From NCBI GenBank assembly GCA_963693365.1, contig CAVNZM010000007.1, positions 3,209,979-3,273,978 of the forward strand: a DNA stretch of 64,000 nt, in the 5' to 3' direction. This document shows positions 52,401 to 62,249 of this stretch, in pieces; positions within the stretch are counted from its first letter, which is position 1; each line of letters starts with the position of its first letter. The position numbers and the translations under genes are program-made. This stretch comes from Amoebidium appalachense (lineage: Eukaryota > Protista > Ichthyosporea). The notes beneath the pieces are model-generated. The model worked only from the letters and a program-made list of their open reading frames with translations, did not search any database and was not told the DNA's origin.

Positions 52401-54600
52401 TTTAGGAGTCTCAATCACATAGTCAGTGATGTAGTAGAGACCGTCGAGGGGGGTGAGATCTGTAATAATGTCACCATTACGGCTGTAGAGGAACGACGGG
52501 TGGTTGTCTGTATCGTCACAATGACCTAGGAGGCCGGCAGCTGATGCCATGGAGGTAGACACGAGGAAAGACGGTGCCTCGGGTACGTAGTAAGCATTGA
52601 TGCTGCACGGTGTTGGGTGGCCGTTGTAGTGCAGTGTCATGTTGATGATGCCACGTTGTTTGGCATTGACTGTGCCGAGGCCGTGAATGGGGGTGGGAGG
52701 ACACGGGGTAAGGGAGGAGAAATACTCCTTGATGGGGCAGATGTGTGCATTACAAGCACTGTCCCAGACGGGGTCGTTACTGTCAGGTGTGCCGGTGGAG
52801 GAGATGAGTGCAAATTTCACACTCTTGTCACCTTTCTCCTGCTTGGCACGACGAGCAACTGTGCAGCCAGGCTCCGGGCATGCTGTGATGTGGTGGGGCT
52901 CATGGCAGTAGGAACACTTCACACTGTTGGTGTTGTGCTGTCGGTTACGGTTGTCCCTGTTACCACGGTGGTAAGGGGAAGTTGAACGGGGGCCGGGTGA
53001 CTTGGAGGGAGGACGAGGATCACGGGAACGGGACGGGGAACGGTGAGGTGTATGCTCACGTCGAGGAATACGGTTACGGAGGTCACCGGGGGGAAGCACT
53101 CTGCTCTGGAGTGCACGGAGGGGACGGTTGTTGACGGTTGCACCTGTGCCTGCGTCGATGAGGCCGGCACGGATTTCAGCTCCTCGGATGTCACTGATGA
53201 GCATGTTGAAGGACGGGTAGGCCTTGTTGTTCATCCAGTAGTCGGAGCAGAGACGTTCAATGTCGGGGCAGACCAGGGCTGTGTTCTTCCGGATGTGGAG
53301 GAAGAACTTACGTACGACATCCTTGTGCTGGACGGGTTCGTCGAGGCAGGCAAGTGTCGTAGCCAGACGTTGGAGACGGGTGAGGTATGCTGTGACGTTG
53401 GGGTAGTCTCGTAGTTCAAGCTCCTCGAAGGTGACTTGAATCTGGGTGACTCGGGCCTCCTTCTCTGCTACATACGCCATACGTAGGTTGTGGAAGACTT
53501 CACCACCGTGGACACCGTCTTGCATCCGGCCGGAGTCGTAGAGCTCGGTCGGGTGGACGGACTGGTTGAGGATCTGGTCGAGGACGTCGGAAGCTTTCTT
53601 GTAGGAGTCCTTGGTGGTGTAGCCTAGCCACTGGTTGGCTTCAGCGCCGTCAACCCACTGTGGCCTCTTGATAGCGTCAACGAATTTCTCGGCAATGGTG
53701 GTTCTAATGAACCGGTGAATGAGTGGCTCCCACTCGAAATAATTAAGACGTTTCTCGTCTCGTTTCTCGGACGGATTCCATATTGGAAGGTTGATATACG
53801 ACGGTTTGTCAGTCATGATTGAAGCAGTAAGACTGAGAGATTTTCGCGGTTGTAGCGAGATTGTGTGTTAGCGTGCAAAGGGGCCGTAAACCTGTTATTT
53901 TGTGTGGGTAAACGGAGAAGCAGAGAGCACAGATGGGTGTTATGTAAAACACAACACAAAGACACACGGGAAAAACACAACCGGAGAGGAGGAACGATTT
54001 CTGGAACCATAGGAAGTGAATACGACTGCTTGTGATTTATTTCAAGATGAGGTCCCTTTTATACTTGGGAATGTGAAACGATAAACCAATCAAAAGAATG
54101 AAAACTATGAGTGTAAAATATATCGAATAAAATGTCTGTCGACATTTAGAATATAAAACTCAATCCTCTAATGAAAGAAACTTCTAATAAAAGCACGGAA
54201 ACATTTAATAAAATGAAACCACTTATGTAACTATTAATTCATAACATATATTTATACATGTTCTTATCATAACACGTCTAAATATAATTTTTCCTAATAG
54301 TTGAAGAACATAGCACAATGCTACGTCGTGGGAAAGGAATGAGAAAGGAATGTGAGTTACTATATTTGGGAAAATACAAACGAGATATGATTGGATGACA
54401 TATATAGATTTTGACGCAAACGACAATACGTGTGCGCGAGCTAAGTATGTCGATACGTACACAGATCTAAGATGTCGTGTACACGGAAACGGAAAAGAAA
54501 GAAAGAAATGAAGAAAGGAAAAGGAAACAAACTACAACAACTAATAAATAAATACCAAACTCAACTTCTAAGTCTTGCTGAGAATTAAGTGAAGATGACA
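48209..54600 (-). mobile_element. Ty1/copia LTR retrotransposon B, full length, nested in A
   Basis: 708-bp LTRs at 53893-54600 (5') and 48209-48916 (3'), 3 differences seen; 5-bp TSD GTCCT at 48204-48208 and 54601-54605; PBS just left of 53893; PPT at 48917-48925. Confidence 0.98.
49452..53816 (-). CDS. Intact copia gag-pol polyprotein, 1454 aa
   Basis: Order: gag knuckle; protease VWDSAC; LWHNRLGH..CFGC; integrase HLD/RFDSGSEF/NGVVER; RT QLDVSTAFL, KALYGLKQA, YVDD; RNase H YSDADFA, STTEAE, CDNQS, ADIFTK. Confidence 0.98.
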   Translation of the reverse strand: MTDKPSYINLPIWNPSEKRDEKRLNYFEWEPLIHRFIRTTIAEKFVDAIKRPQWVDGAEANQWLGYTTKDSYKKASDVLDQILNQSVHPTELYDSGRMQDGVHGGEVFHNLRMAYVAEKEARVTQIQVTFEELELRDYPNVTAYLTRLQRLATTLACLDEPVQHKDVVRKFFLHIRKNTALVCPDIERLCSDYWMNNKAYPSFNMLISDIRGAEIRAGLIDAGTGATVNNRPLRALQSRVLPPGDLRNRIPRREHTPHRSPSRSRDPRPPSKSPGPRSTSPYHRGNRDNRNRQHNTNSVKCSYCHEPHHITACPEPGCTVARRAKQEKGDKSVKFALISSTGTPDSNDPVWDSACNAHICPIKEYFSSLTPCPPTPIHGLGTVNAKQRGIINMTLHYNGHPTPCSINAYYVPEAPSFLVSTSMASAAGLLGHCDDTDNHPSFLYSRNGDIITDLTPLDGLYYITDYVIETPKHPGVQAYTARTHPPDDLTLWHNRLGHRAPSTVTRMAKDELVIGMPPSLKSPDNSDCFGCMSGKTTKAPFPGTRSKFTIPGAKWHLDFFEAPCASYGGYKVALVCVCDATGYTTVFPLYNRGETLSHIQSLVETIERQTPEIVTHLRFDSGSEFTSKDTEAYCKQKGIIMEFAPVDTPQHNGVVERKMRELQETVRCFLHADKDQPLSPKLWVAALKHTSYIINVTPSSAANGNTPFEAFHGFKPDVSQLHVFGSPAYVHVPRSKRNKLASTVRVGTYVGWDLPSKAHKILDLASNQIKICRDVIFDESKFTGSTNQVSVPPKPDLPTLDPPSDDDDETPSVVISQPSWHNQPAPVEPVPPPSPPPTGQQPLLPAPPVAVHQPGYMTPVRPGSPTFHSATSSPVDTDAPLTTGPIPGFHAPIPASTTYPATTPLKDPPKPNLRRSTRLTKTPTALVSIVAPTINIDQLPKGIQKLCNGPNGDAVIAALTSEYQAFITKDVFTIVDPPPGANIIKFKWIVTEKVLNSAGDTKIKARGVAKGFTQVYGVDYGDTSSPVVMSSSVRALLAIGVDGNHEIHQLDVSTAFLNSPLQEDIYIEPPPGFITPGNEHKVWKLKKALYGLKQASLAWYEYFDKVLLAHGLERLRSDPCVYIKTFPNGDIILTGNYVDDVIIICTANSSHTKDLVDHIMKSALCKVDLPDIFLGTQLIHTPGHLKLLQQSYINDIVRDFNLNDAHPKATPIPVGTVITINENDSPPIKVPYRELLGRLLWVARCSRPDISFAIGYLGRFSANPTKLAWECLLRVVRYLIGTSNLGLHYDKSASDDNTPLLECYSDADFANCPNTRRSTTGYVIFFKGIPITWYSKLQSITATSTTEAELLAINAAVQNVIWHRDLLRELGYPMTDPTPVYCDNQSTIALLHTNSIKHRTKHIAVRYHNTKDYIKSGDVVVTYVSSKDNVADIFTKPLPGPSHEQHRDSLSLRD

Positions 54601-57284
54601 GTCCTGTTATTCCGATTCATGGCGTTGGTAACCCCGGCTCCGGTGACCGCCTCACTCCAACATCCCCGTATGAAGCATTGGATTTTTTGAGCCCCACAAG
54701 TGGTTCGTTGCTGTCACGCTGCTGACTTGTCAAGATCTACCCGAGCACCGTCAACCACTGACACTCTCAGCTCACACCAACCCGTTGCTACCCATGCCCC
54801 CTCCAAAGTTGGTTCTACCACTTCGACTCCGGCCTGAGTTCACCTCCAAGGCTACCCGTGCTTTTGCCTCTCCCAGGGCATCAGGCCAGCTATGCTCCGG
54901 TGGACTGCCCTCAACTGAAGGTATGTTGAACGTCGTATGCGGTTCCTCCAAGAGATTGTTCGTTGCCTCCTCCATCAAGTCCAAGATAGCTCTGTCCCCC
55001 AAACTGTGGGCTGAGGCCCTCCAACATGCCGCCTACATCATCAACGTCACCCCGTCCACGACTGCCAATGGTCGACACCATCGAGGTTTTCTACGGTGTC
55101 AAGCCCGACATCTCCGAGCAAGTGTTCGGTTGCCCTGCCTACACTCATGTGCCAGCCTCTAAACGGAACAAGCTGGCCCCCACCGTCAAATCGGATGTAT
55201 ATCGGCATGATCTTCAATCACACGCCACCGGATCTTCAATCCCACCACCCATCGGTCGGCCTCTTCCGTGATGTGTTTTCGACGAATAGTTATCTCCCGT
55301 CCGACATTCCATCAACACTTCGACCCCCGACACCACGGCTACCTCGACCACCCCACCCCCCACAGTTGACACTGAAGATGATGTTTGTCTGGTGTACTCT
55401 GGCCCCCCTCCTGCCATCGTCGTTCCCCCGACACCCCCCCCCCCACCGGCCCCCCTGCCCCCCGTGCCCGTCCAGCCTGCCGACCCTCATCCTGCCCCTG
55501 ACAACGTCACACCCATCCGACCCGGCTCCCCCGACAACTTCCACTCGGCCCCGTCCAGCCCGGAGGTTGCCCCCCCTGCACTTCCGAACTTCCAAGTTCC
55601 CCCCCCCCCGTCTCCACCTCCCCCGGTTCCTGCACCCCGTCGTTCTGCCCGTCTACAGGGCAAGGTTGGACTTCAAGCCACCTCCACCCTGCCAGTCCCC
55701 CCCGGTCCCCCCATCAACATCGACCAACTACCCAAACTTGTCCATCAACTGTGTTCCGGACCCAATGGTGACCAGGTCAAGTCAGCCCTCACTGCTGAGT
55801 ATCAAGCCTTCGTCGACAAAGACATCTTTGAACTTGTTGACCCTCCCCCTGGTGCTAACATCGTCGGCTTCAAGTGGATTGTCTCCGAGAAAACTCTCAA
55901 CTCGGCTGGTGACACCAAGATCAAGGCCCGTGGTGTTGCTCAAGGGTTCAGTCAGCAATACGGTGTTGACTATGAGTTGATTGAGAGCCCTGTCATCCGT
56001 CCGGCTGCTCTCCGTGCTATCCTAGCTCTGGCCGTTGTTGAAGGTCATGACATCCATCAACTCGACGTGTCTACGGCCTTTCTCAACAGCCCACTCACCG
56101 AGACCATCTACATGAAACAACCCCCGGGATTCATCACCATGGCCACACTTGGCAAGGTCTGGAGACTCAAGAAAGCCCTGTACGGCCTCAAGCAGGCCTC
56201 CAAGGCTTGGTACGACTTCCTCGACGGCATTCTTCTTGCCCATGGCCTGACCCGTACTAAGACAGACCCGTGTATCTACCTCCGGTTCTTCCCCAACAAC
56301 GATGTGGTTCGGGCTGGTAACTACGTCGACGACTCCACCATCACCAACACCCGGGGTTCTACTGCTGCCAGTGACCTGGCTGCCCACATCAGCAAGATGG
56401 CCAGCTGTCGTATGAGTCCATTTGACCGTATGCTCGGTGTTGATTTTAATCACTCTGATCCCCATCACCTCCACATGCACCAGAGGTCTTACATCATGGA
56501 TATCATCCACGACTTCAACCTCACCGATGCCAAGTCCAAGTCTACCCCCATCCCTGCAGGCACCACCGTCTCCCTGGCTGACTGCCCCCTCCAACCGTTC
56601 ACCGTGCCCTACCGTGAGTTACTCGGCCGTCTCTTCTGGGTGGCACGGTGCACACGTCCCGACATTGCCTATGCCATCGGCTTCCTTGGTCGGTTCAGCA
56701 CCAACCCCGGCAAGACTCACTGGGACCTTCTCCGTCGTGTGGCCCGGTACCTGCTCGGCACCATTGACCTTGGCATTGACTACAAGTACTCGGCCACCCA
56801 GCCCCCCATACTCGAATGCTACACGGATGCTGACTTTGCTGGTTGTGCCGACAGCAAGAAGTCTACCACCGGCTACATCATCGAGTTTGCTGGTATGCCC
56901 ATCATCTGGTACTCCAAGCTCCAGCCCATAACGGCCACCAGCACCACTGAAGCTGAGCTGATTGCTCTCAATGCTGGCACCCAAGAAGTTGCTTGGGTCC
57001 GTGACCTCTTCAAGGAACTCGGCTGTCCCATGCTTGCTCCGACTCCGGTGTACTGTGACAACCAGTCGACCATTGCCATCGTCAACTCCACCGGCATCAA
57101 GCACCGTACCAAACACATTGCCGTCCGGTATCACAACACCAAGGACTACATTGCAAGTGGGGACGTGGTTGTCCACTACGTTGAGTCAGCCCACAACTTA
57201 GCTGACATCCTCACCAAACCCCTCCCCGGCCCGAGTCATGTCAACCATCGTGCTCGACTTTGTTTACCGGATATTGTGGATTGA
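54601..57284 (+). pseudogene. Copia A integrase remnant (deleted, frameshifted) and still-open RT-RNase H ORF 55392-57284
   Basis: LWAEALQHAAYIIN and VFGCPAY lie in shifting frames; RT YVDD and RNase H YTDADFA are intact. Confidence 0.92.
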
Positions 57285-57700
57285 CCCGTCCTACTTCAAG
57301 AGTGATTTTCTAATGTTTACTACTTCCTTTATCATAATCATTATTTCATATGAATATTGCCTTTGTGGGTATGCCCACTTAGGGTTTATATATAAGGTTT
57401 GACCTGTACCATGACTCTACTCTATCTTTCACTGGTTTAAAACCCAGTTAATCAAACCCCGACTATACACGTTATACATATTCGTTGTTTTTGCCCGGGT
57501 TCCTTCCCCCCCCCCCCTTTCCCCCCCCCCCCCCCCCCTTCCCCCCCCCTTTCCCCCCCTCCCCCCCTCTTCCCCCCCCCCCCCCCCCCCCGGGGAAAAG
57601 TACACACTTTAATTTTTTTTTCGTTTCTGTTCTCAAGTGGGGAGATTTCACTAGTTCAGTGGGGATATGATAACACAAACTTCAAAGTCTTAAGTGGGGA

Positions 57701-58619
57701 TGTTGTAATACGTAGTATCTACATATGGTAAGATCTTCTCAGTTTGTGTTATGTTTCAGTTCATATGCTTAGTGTATATGCCACACTCCTATTATGTAAA
57801 GTGTAGCATCGATCTCCGATATGCTTGTATACTTGTAATCGTGTTGTATCGGCTCTAATCGTGTATTGTAATATCGATTAGATATTTATATGTGTGTACA
57901 CGGATCCACCCACTCAGGGAGAGACGTGTACATGTTCGTGTGTACATAAATATCTCTGGTTATAGTTATGCTATTACTATCTTGTTTGTTGATCTGTGCT
58001 CTCTTTTCCTTTCTCTTTCTCCTTCCTTATTTTCTTTTCTTTCTCTCCTTGTCTTCATGTGTATAATCGTGTTTCTTTTCTACTAATATATGTTAGGTAG
58101 ATTTGTGTTACTTAATACGTGTTCATTGGACGGTGACACACTTAGGCTACACTTAGAATAGCATGTGTGTTTAGACTTCGTTAATTTACTTTAGTTTTCA
58201 TGTGTTGCCGGGCTTTAACCAATCATCAACTTTAAGTGTGATATGTCTGAGTCTTTGCAGTATGTCATAGGTTAGAACTTCCTTGATGATGACACGAGTT
58301 GACCTTAACTAGTGTCTGTGTCCTATCATGTACGTCTCCGCGTACCGGATCTCTCTGAAAGCAATTGGTTCTCAGTGATTGGTTACTATTAGAGATAGAT
58401 CTGATTTCCGACTGGTCGGAAATCATGTATGGATTGGACTTAGAGGAATTTCAGGTATTTATTCGAAGATCAGAATAAATTCAGTTCAGTCGTGTCTAAA
58501 CATTGATGTCTGTTGTGTACACTGCTCCGATCGTTCCGTGTTTTGTTGTTGTGTGTGTCTGTGGTGTTTTCACACTGCACCACTGTGTCTCTGCTTTCCT
58601 CCCAAATACTTATACAATT

Positions 58620-58624
<5 letters not shown>
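57701..58624 (+). repeat. 3' LTR of copia A (924 bp)
   Basis: Near-identical to 45596-46520. Confidence 0.97.
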
Positions 58625-58697
<73 letters not shown>

Positions 58698-58712
58698 ACG
58701 CTATTGCATATG

Positions 58713-59446
58713 TATGCTGGGTACGAGCAATTTCTGCGCCCTGATAACATCTACGTGTACCCCAACCGTGGGCCACGTGAGGATGGTACATTCGACGACA
58801 TCAACACCAGTTTCTACATCAGGCTGCAGAACCATCCAACTCCGAGGCCAAGTTTCTACTTAGGGTGTCCACTTCGCAGACCTTGAAGGCCATTCTCCGT
58901 GAATCTGTAATGGAGGGTCTACCCGAACGCATGGTTGCCGCGGGTATTGAGTTGAAGTGCAAAGGGCAACACCAAGGCATCGGGTGGCTAGAGCACCCAG
59001 TCACACTGGATCCCGGAGATCTAGAGGTGGCCAGTGGGATTCAACCAGCCACCGTCGAGCACGGAGAGAAAACCATTGCAGCATTGAGTGATCAATTTCT
59101 GCTCGAGCAGGCGCATGCTGGCCGCAGCATCGGAACTGTGCCTAGAGGGGCACACATCCGTGCCATGGGTCTTACACCGGAAGACGAAATGGCGTGGAGA
59201 ACATACCACGACAGCCGCGCATCCCTTTGCTTCCGTTGCAGGCATGCCAACGGCACAAACAACACCCTGCGGTCTCTGCGCACCGAGAGGGTGAACAAGA
59301 TTGCGAGGGAAATTGTGGATACCGTTAACACAATTGTCATTGCATCCTCGCACGACGCTCGCATACGTAATGCCCGTGCAGACTATCTGGAGGCCGCCGA
59401 TGAACTTCAGGCTTACCTGGCAGCTAGTTATTGCACAGTGCTCTAG
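58713..59446 (+). pseudogene. Unidentified coding-like segment, probably one frame broken near 58860
   Basis: Two overlapping non-repetitive ORFs (58704-58886 and 58865-59446) in an otherwise repeat-filled region. Confidence 0.4.
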
Positions 59447-59600
59447 GTTGTACTGAATCGTTTAGTGTTGGATGTTGGTTTTGGACTTCACGAAATGGTC
59501 TGTTGGTATATAATGGCTTGTGTGCTCCCTGCTCTTTATGTTTTCACTGTACCACCATATCTTTGTGGAAAGGCGATTTGTGTCACTAGGTTTCGGATTT

Positions 59601-59683
59601 GAAAATAAAAAGAAGACTCATGTGAACACATTCTGTGGCTCGATCCAAGGTCCCCCCCCCCCCCCCCCCCTTCCCCTCCACAA

Positions 59684-59770
<87 letters not shown>

Positions 59771-60033
59771 CCCACCCCGGCCCAGTCTGACAGTGAAGCT
59801 AGACTGGCACTGTTTCCTAATGGGGCACATTGTAACACGTTTGAGACAAGAGTGCTTCTAACAAAACACCAATGCAGTGTGGTACACCCTGTGCAGCGAG
59901 CTTTTCCCATAAGAGGCCAGGGGAGACAGAATCGTAAGAAGTTTTCCGTTCAATAATACCAACATATCCGTATTGAAAATGAAAAGGAAACTCATGTGAG
60001 CACATTCTGTGGTTCGATCCAAGGTCCCCCCCC
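59601..60033 (+). repeat. Pair of about 55-bp direct repeats ending in poly-C (59601-59657, 59975-60033)
   Basis: GAAAAT..ACTCATGTGARCACATTCTGTGGYTCGATCCAAGGTCCCC occurs twice. Confidence 0.85.
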
Positions 60034-60100
60034 ACACTTCCTCCCCCTGCTCTCTCCAGGGTCTCATCCTACAGTCTCCTCCTCAAGTTCTCTCTCTCCC

Positions 60101-60157
<57 letters not shown>

Positions 60158-60215
60158 ATATACTATATATATATATATATGATATGATATATATATATAT
60201 ACCGTATATATACAT

Positions 60216-60257
<42 letters not shown>

Positions 60258-61195
60258 ACCCCTCTCTCTCTCAAGCTCTCTCTCTCTCAGACACACACAC
60301 ACTCTCTCTCAGTCTCTCTCTCGCTTTCTCCCCCCCCTCCCCCCCCCCCCCTCTCCCTCTCCATCTCCCTCTCTCACTCTTTCTCCGTCTCCCCCTCTCC
60401 CCTCTCCCTCCCTCAATCTTTCTCTGTCTCCCCCTCTCCCTTGCGTCTCTCTCTCTCTCTCTCTCATCCCGTTCTCCGTCAGCCTCAGAGTCCGAGGCTC
60501 TCCCCGCCCCCATCTCCCCCCCCCCCCCCCCCCCCCCCCCCCTTCCTAGGAGTCCCCAGGCCAAAGCTCCATCAAGTCCTCTGGCCACGTCCCTTGACCA
60601 TTCCATGTCTCCCTCCATCAGTATCACATTCCCCCCCCTCCTTCCCTCTCCCTCCCAGTCTCTCTCGAAGTTCACTTTCCCCCCCTCTCCCCTCTTCCTC
60701 CCCCCCTCTCTCAGAGTCCCTTCCTCCCATCCTCAGGTCTCCCTTCGATTCCCTCAAAGCCTTGTCTCTTCTCCCCCCTCCCCCCCCCCCCCCCCCCCCC
60801 TTATCGTGTGTTTACACTGAGGCGAAACGACGCAATCGTCGGACAGAAGGCTTATGTGCATGTGCACGAGTGACCATGGCCATACTCAAGTATATGCGGT
60901 TCACTGCATAAAATGTCATAAGACAGTGGCGGCCCCGGGCCACTCGATCGAAGACGACCATGTACATGTGCGGCATATGCTAACCCCGACTTTCGGTGCG
61001 CCAGCACCATCATATGTCATATGATATTGCTGCGTTCCTATTGGACATACCATATTCCTTAAAATGATGACACCTGATCACGCGTGTTTAGATGTCGATC
61101 GCGGACTACCAGAGTCCGGAGATTGAGGTGATTTTTGCTAACGCCGCTAAACCAAGATCGTTCCGTAACTGGTTTTGTCGGGCGGTAGAGATCAT

Positions 61196-61244
<49 letters not shown>

Positions 61245-61617
61245 CCGGCCCCTGAACAACGCAAACTATCACACGCGCATACTGTCAATATTTTTGTGTA
61301 ATGTACATGCGGCGTACAGTATGCACCCCGTATGTACACACAGTAGATGACGACTGATCAAGGTTGTACGTTAATGTTTGCGTACTTTCAAAGTTTACCC
61401 TCGATATCAACCTCACGAGACGCCGCCATATAAGAACCATGTTGAACAGCGAAAAAGCATCGCCCAACGAGGGAGATTTCCTATTGGCGCATGCAGTACA
61501 ATGCATGTCATATAAAAGCGGGATACACTCACGACCGCGCCACAATCAGACATGTGTTGTAGTACATTGTGCACAGTGGTCCTTGGGTGAATACCATGAT
61601 ATAGCCTAATCAACGCA

Positions 61618-62197
61618 ATGGCTTTAAGTTTGGCAAACGTGCAAAGGGTGGTGCTCAAGCCCGCCAGGAAGTACTCGGGTCAGAAACGACCTCCCGGTGC
61701 ACAGACAACACGCACGAAAAGGCGAGACACAGCCCTTTCTAACGAAAATATAGAGTTGGCCGCATCGACCCGAAGGTGTTGCTCAAAGAGCAGATGTTTG
61801 GAATTGCACCCGTACTCGATTGACCAGGTTCGCGAGTCACGATCACTTTTATATGACATGTACAGCCTGGCCGAAAGGAGAGTAAAACTGTGGAAGCTGG
61901 CTACAGCCCTAACACACGTGGATCGTTTGAGCCAGAAAAACCGAGTCCCATTCCACGGGCATCTGCGATGCCCGTTTGCCGTCTCAACCCTGTTTAACAT
62001 CAACCCCCAGACGTTCCGGAGACTAGCGAGGTTTCAAGATCCACCGTTTATTATGAAAGTAAAGGAATGCCGGGGTCTACACATGTCCTCTCACCACGTA
62101 CTTGAGCGCGACATGTTGGTGGGTTGGCTACATGAGGAGCTCATTACATTCTTCGAACACAGCCCGGTGCATAACGGGATATTTGTGTGCCCAGCCG
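61618..62197 (+). CDS. First exon of a Cys-rich protein resembling the N-terminus of Sola-like DNA transposases
   Basis: ATG-initiated, about 193 codons with CCxxxxCL..R, CxxAxxxLFNIxxxTFRR and W..F.E.SP motifs; ends at a G|GTAAC donor followed by poly-C. Family assignment is from recalled motif pattern only. Confidence 0.45.
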
Positions 62198-62201
62198 GTA
62201 A

Positions 62202-62232
<31 letters not shown>

Positions 62233-62249
62233 AAATCACTCCCCCATAT

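Noticed and set aside
60810-60850. Hammerhead-like CTGAGGCGAAACGACGCAATCGTC
   Set aside because: Stem III forms, but A9 and stem II are missing and stem I does not pair.
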